A stretch of 64,000 nucleotides of DNA from Campylobacterota bacterium (GTDB lineage: Bacteria > Campylobacterota > Campylobacteria > Campylobacterales > Sulfurimonadaceae): positions 952 through 64,951 of the forward strand of contig JAYEGK010000253.1 of assembly GCA_034716265.1 (NCBI GenBank), given 5' to 3'. The position numbers and the translations under genes were made by a program. This document shows, in pieces, positions 59,813 to 64,000 of the stretch. Each line of letters opens with the position of its first letter. Position 1 is the stretch's first letter. Below the pieces are notes generated by a model that did not search any database, had not been told where the DNA came from, and was given only the letters and a program-made list of their open reading frames with translations.

Positions 59813-60070
59813 ATGCTCTCAGTTAGACTAGATTACAATATGGAAAATCAATTAAAATTTTTATCACAAGAAAAAAAAATATCTAAAAGTCAAATTATTA
59901 AAGATTCTTTGGATTACTATTTTAATATGTTAAAAGAAAAATCTAAAGAAAAAAGTTCTTATGAATTGGGAAGTGAACTTTTTGGAAACTATTCAAGTGA
60001 AGAGGGAAATCTTTCTCAAACATATAAACAAAGGTTAACAGAGAAATTAAATGCAAAAAACAATCATTGA
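59813..60070 (+). CDS. RHH/CopG-type antitoxin
   Basis: AAAGGA RBS then MLSVRLD...SKSQIIKDSL; TGTGATACA and GTAATACA operator-like repeats upstream; overlaps the PIN gene. Confidence 0.85.
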   Translation: MLSVRLDYNMENQLKFLSQEKKISKSQIIKDSLDYYFNMLKEKSKEKSSYELGSELFGNYSSEEGNLSQTYKQRLTEKLNAKNNH

Positions 60071-60467
60071 TAGTGGACCTATAATCGCATTATTCGATAA
60101 AAGTGATAAATATCATTATCAAGTTTTAGCATTTCTAAAAAAATTTAAAGGGAATCTTGTTACATCTTGGGCAGTAATAACTGAAGTTTCACATATGTTA
60201 GATTTTCATCTTAAAGTCCAAATTGACTTTTTAAAATGGATAGAAATTGGTGGTATCGAGATATACAATATCTCACAAGATGAGATTGCAAATATTCGTG
60301 TAATGATGGAAAAATATCTTGATATTCCTATGGATTTAGCTGATGCTACTTTGATGTATATAGCAGATAAAGAATATATTAAAAATATCGTAAGTATAGA
60401 TAGTGATTTTGATATTTATAGAACTTTGAAAAAACAGAGTTTGAATAATCTTTTGAGAGGGTATTAA
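60051..60467 (+). CDS. PIN-domain (VapC-like) toxin
   Basis: IIDSGPIIA..D..D.YH, VITEV, MDLADATL, SIDSDF. Confidence 0.92.
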   Translation: MQKTIIDSGPIIALFDKSDKYHYQVLAFLKKFKGNLVTSWAVITEVSHMLDFHLKVQIDFLKWIEIGGIEIYNISQDEIANIRVMMEKYLDIPMDLADATLMYIADKEYIKNIVSIDSDFDIYRTLKKQSLNNLLRGY

Positions 60468-60470
60468 AGT

Positions 60471-60489
60471 TGTAAAAACCACCAGACCT
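60471..60489. repeat. 19-bp direct repeat, right boundary, overlapping the prfA stop codon
   Basis: TGTAAAAACCACCAGACCT. Confidence 0.85.
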
Positions 60490-61555
60490 AAAGTCCAGCA
60501 GCCTCAACTATTTTTGCTTGATGGTCAGTTATAAGAGGTTCAACGACTTCATCAAGAAGTCCACCACTCATAATTTCGTTTAAACGGTAGAGTGTAAGAT
60601 TTATTCTGTGGTCACTCATACGATTTTGAGGATAGTTGTACGTACGGATACGACCACTTCTATCTCCAGTTCCTACTTGTGCTGCACGTTCTGCTGCATT
60701 TTCAGATTGTTGCTCTTGCATCTGAAGGTCATAAAGTCTAGCTTTAAGAACTTTCATCGCTTTTTCACGGTTTTTATGTTGTGATTTTTGGTCTTGATTG
60801 GTTACTACTATACCTGATGGTAAGTGAGTAATCCTAACAGCCGAATCGGTAGTATTTACCGACTGACCCCCACAACCAGATGAACGCATAACGTCTATCT
60901 TTAAATCTTTATCTTCAATAACAACTTCAACATCATCAACTTCAGGCATAACTGCTACTGTAATTGCTGATGTATGAACACGTCCTTGAGACTCTGTTGA
61001 TGGAACACGTTGTACTCTATGTGTTCCACCCTCATATTTCAACCGACTATAAACCTGCTCACCCTTAATAAGTGCTGTTACCTCTTTGTACCCACCCGAA
61101 TCAGATGGAGAAGTACTTATAAGCTCAATCTTCCATCCTCTTAGGTCTGCATAACGAGTATAGGCATCAAATAGATCTCCAACAAAGATAGCAGCCTCAT
61201 CACCACCAGCACCAGCACGAAGTTCTACAATGATATTTCTATCATCATTTGGATCTTTTGGAAGCAGAAGCATCTTAATCTCCTCTTCTAGTTCTGGTTT
61301 TTGAGGTTCAAGCTCTTTAAGCTCCTCTTTTGCCATATCGCCCATTTCAGCATCACTAAGCATCTCTTTTGTATCTGCAATATCAGATATCAGAGTTTGA
61401 TACTCTTTAGCTTTTTCGACGATTGGTAAAAGATTTGATTGCTCTTTGGAGAGGTCTGTCATCCGTTTGATGTCAGAAGTGATGTCAGGTGAACTTAGCA
61501 GATCGCTAAGTTCATTATAGCGGTTGATAAACGGTGTAAGTTTATCTGCTAGCAT
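60488..61555 (-). CDS. prfA: Peptide chain release factor 1
   Basis: PxT motif (VPST), [12 protein letters not shown]. Confidence 0.97.
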   Translation of the reverse strand: MLADKLTPFINRYNELSDLLSSPDITSDIKRMTDLSKEQSNLLPIVEKAKEYQTLISDIADTKEMLSDAEMGDMAKEELKELEPQKPELEEEIKMLLLPKDPNDDRNIIVELRAGAGGDEAAIFVGDLFDAYTRYADLRGWKIELISTSPSDSGGYKEVTALIKGEQVYSRLKYEGGTHRVQRVPSTESQGRVHTSAITVAVMPEVDDVEVVIEDKDLKIDVMRSSGCGGQSVNTTDSAVRITHLPSGIVVTNQDQKSQHKNREKAMKVLKARLYDLQMQEQQSENAAERAAQVGTGDRSGRIRTYNYPQNRMSDHRINLTLYRLNEIMSGGLLDEVVEPLITDHQAKIVEAAGL

Positions 61556-61569
61556 AATTTATGCTCTAG

Positions 61570-61830
61570 CTATATAGCGTTTACAGATTTGTGTAGACGA
61601 CTAACTTTTCTAGCTGCAGTATTCTTTTTTAAGATACCTTTGCTTACAAATTTGTGAATCTGTTGATTAGCAACTTTAAATGCTGCAGTAGCTTCCTCTT
61701 TGTTACCAGCTTCTACTGCTGTTGTTACAGTTTTAACGATATTTTTAAGACGAGTTCTGTAAAAACGGTTACGCTCAGTACGAACGATAGTTTGACGAAT
61801 TCTCTTGATTGATGACTTGTGATTTGCCAT
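61570..61830 (-). CDS. rpsT: 30S ribosomal protein S20
   Basis: [13 protein letters not shown]...[16 protein letters not shown] after an AAAGGA RBS; the ORF-track start at 62088 is an over-extension. Confidence 0.97.
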   Translation of the reverse strand: MANHKSSIKRIRQTIVRTERNRFYRTRLKNIVKTVTTAVEAGNKEEATAAFKVANQQIHKFVSKGILKKNTAARKVSRLHKSVNAI

Positions 61831-61939
61831 TAATGAGTCCTTTTTAATGAAATTTTTAGTGCGCAATAATAGCTTAAACATAATTAAAATTAAGTTAATG
61901 GGTGTTAAAATATGCCACTTTAATATAGGAATATAACTT

Positions 61940-63286
61940 ATGAAACTATTTGGAACAGATGGTGTACGGGGTGAAGCTGGCTCTTTTCTAACAGCAGAGA
62001 TAGCGATGAAAATTGCAATGGCAGCAGGAATATGTTTTAAATCAGGTGACACTGCTAAAAGTATGAGAATATTAGTAGGTAAAGACACAAGACGTAGTGG
62101 TTATATGATAGAAAATGCTATTGTAACAGGGCTTACAGCTATTGGATATGATGTTATTCAAGTTGGACCTATGCCAACACCTGCTATCGCATATATTACA
62201 GAAAATATGAGATGTGATGCAGGTATTATGATTAGTGCTTCTCATAATGATTTTGAAGATAATGGGATTAAATTTTTTAATGCACATGGTGATAAATTAT
62301 CTTTAGATATAGAAAAAAAGATAGAAGATATATATTTTGATGAGGAGCAACTTCAAGAGGCACAAGTGACAGGTAGAAATATCGGTAAAGCAAAAAGGAT
62401 TGATGATGTGTTGGGTCGTTATATTGTTCAGTTGAAAAACTCTTTTCCTGTTGAGATGACACTTCAAGGTATGAGAATTGTACTTGATACTGCTAACGGT
62501 GCAGGATATAAGGTTGGTCCAACAGTCTTAGAGGAGTTGGGTGCTGATGTTATTGTTTTACATGATAAACCAGATGGTTTTAATATTAATGAAAAATGTG
62601 GAACACTCCATACAAAAGATCTTAGTGATAGTGTAAGAAAATATAGAGCAGATATAGGTATAGCACTTGATGGTGATGCAGATAGATTAGTTGTAGTAGA
62701 TGAAAATGGTGAGATGGTTGATGGTGATCAACTTCTAGGTGCATTAGGTGTTCATATGCATGAACAGGGTACGCTCAAAGGTGGTGCTATCGTTTCTACT
62801 GTTATGAGTAATGAGGGATTATCTGATTATATGCAGAGTAACGGTTTAGAGCTACACCGTTCAAGTGTTGGTGATAAGAATGTATTGGAGATGATGAAAA
62901 AAGAGGGGATTAACTTTGGTGGTGAGCAGAGTGGACATATTATTATAAGTGATTTTGCAAAGACTGGAGATGGTCTTGTAGCAGCACTTCAAACATTAGC
63001 TCTTTTATTAGGCAAAAATAAAAAGGCATCAGAGGTTCTTCGTCCATTTAAACTTTATCCTCAACAGTTAGTGAACATAAAGGTAAATGTAAAAAAACCA
63101 TTAGATGAGCTTGATGGATTGGAGACGATCTTAAAAGATTTAGAGGAAAATAATATTCGTCATCTTGTTCGTTACTCTGGAACAGAAAATAAATTAAGAA
63201 TTTTGCTGGAGTGTAAAAAAGGAGTGATAATAAAGAGTAAAATGGATGATGTTGTAGGGTTCTTTCAAAAATCTTTAAATGCATAA
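61940..63286 (+). CDS. glmM: Phosphoglucosamine mutase
   Basis: [27 protein letters not shown]. Confidence 0.96.
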   Translation: MKLFGTDGVRGEAGSFLTAEIAMKIAMAAGICFKSGDTAKSMRILVGKDTRRSGYMIENAIVTGLTAIGYDVIQVGPMPTPAIAYITENMRCDAGIMISASHNDFEDNGIKFFNAHGDKLSLDIEKKIEDIYFDEEQLQEAQVTGRNIGKAKRIDDVLGRYIVQLKNSFPVEMTLQGMRIVLDTANGAGYKVGPTVLEELGADVIVLHDKPDGFNINEKCGTLHTKDLSDSVRKYRADIGIALDGDADRLVVVDENGEMVDGDQLLGALGVHMHEQGTLKGGAIVSTVMSNEGLSDYMQSNGLELHRSSVGDKNVLEMMKKEGINFGGEQSGHIIISDFAKTGDGLVAALQTLALLLGKNKKASEVLRPFKLYPQQLVNIKVNVKKPLDELDGLETILKDLEENNIRHLVRYSGTENKLRILLECKKGVIIKSKMDDVVGFFQKSLNA

Positions 63287-63734
63287 TACAAATATTCGTT
63301 TAGCTCTTATTCTTCTATTTAGTTTAGTAGGTGTATTTATAGTTGATCAAAATATTAAAATGCTCTTTGTCGATGGTTTTAGATATTACACAGAGTGTAT
63401 AGATCTGATACTTGTTTATAATAAAGGTGTTGCATTTTCGATGTTTGCTTTTTTAGATGAGTGGCTTAAATATATTCAGATTGTAATTGTTATGGCTGTT
63501 TTAGGGTATATTTTTTATCTTAAAGAGCTGTGCTATGCATTTCCAGCAGGACTTTTACTCGGTGGAGCAATCTCCAATATATATGATAGATTTATTCATG
63601 GTGGTGTTGTTGATATGGTCTATTGGCATTGTGGATTTAATTTTGCTGTGTTTAATTTCGCCGATGTGATGATAGATATTGCAGTAGTTTGGATACTTAT
63701 ACTTAACTATAAATCTAAACTTTGTAAAAGCTAG
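63279..63734 (+). CDS. lspA: Lipoprotein signal peptidase II
   Basis: [31 protein letters not shown]. Confidence 0.95.
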   Translation: MHNTNIRLALILLFSLVGVFIVDQNIKMLFVDGFRYYTECIDLILVYNKGVAFSMFAFLDEWLKYIQIVIVMAVLGYIFYLKELCYAFPAGLLLGGAISNIYDRFIHGGVVDMVYWHCGFNFAVFNFADVMIDIAVVWILILNYKSKLCKS

Positions 63735-63815
63735 ATAAAAGTAGATTTTTGGTAGTATTGCCAAAAATAATAGTTATAAAATAATAACTTAAGTATGATA
63801 AACTAAAGGAAACAG

Positions 63816-64000
63816 ATGGAAATTATATCTAACAAAATTGATGGTGCAAATGCTGAGATTACTGCTACAATCTCAATGGACGAAGTAAATGCTAAAGTAG
63901 AAAAAATTGCTAAACAACTTACTAAAACGGCTAAAGTAGATGGTTTTCGTAAAGGTAAAGTTCCTGTTGCTACTATTAAAAAACAGTATGGTCAAAAACT
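63816..64000 (+). CDS. tig: Trigger factor (5' part, runs off the window)
   Basis: AAAGGA RBS; MEIISNKIDGANAEI...AKVDGFRKGKVP ribosome-binding signature. Confidence 0.93.
   Translation, partial: MEIISNKIDGANAEITATISMDEVNAKVEKIAKQLTKTAKVDGFRKGKVPVATIKKQYGQK

Noticed and set aside
61831-62088. N-terminal extension of rpsT in the ORF track
   Set aside because: It overlaps glmM antisense; the RBS and canonical MANHKS start are at 61830.

Overview
AT-rich chromosomal window from a sulfur-oxidising Campylobacterota bacterium, most likely Sulfurimonas-like (inferred from soxCDYZ, MqnA, Maf-type flagellin glycosylation genes and gene order). It is mostly core genome: a flagellin glycosylation locus with a sigma28-driven short flagellin, a Pro-His-Arg-Arg-Leu tRNA cluster and tRNA-Ser, ppsA, folE, fliI, rlmN, hisF, tpx, tsaD, dapF, coaE, rnc, aroC, soxCDYZ plus accessory genes, a cobamide-linker module, a heme/globin/CZB two-component and c-di-GMP cluster, tex, prfA, rpsT, glmM, lspA and tig. 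No CRISPR array, rRNA, transposase or integrase was seen. The most interesting signals lie between genes. (1) Between dapF and coaE, a ~80-nt terminated sRNA is followed in tandem by a 17-18 aa hydrophobic ORF whose RBS/start region is complementary to the sRNA, a candidate undescribed type I toxin-antitoxin-like system. (2) Two integrase-free type II TA cassettes are bounded by direct repeats, one duplicating the 5' end of rlmN and one at the prfA stop codon. (3) Several genes appear reduced to stubs or broken (rnhA, a Fic gene, an MCP). All family assignments come from reading the sequence; no database searches were run.
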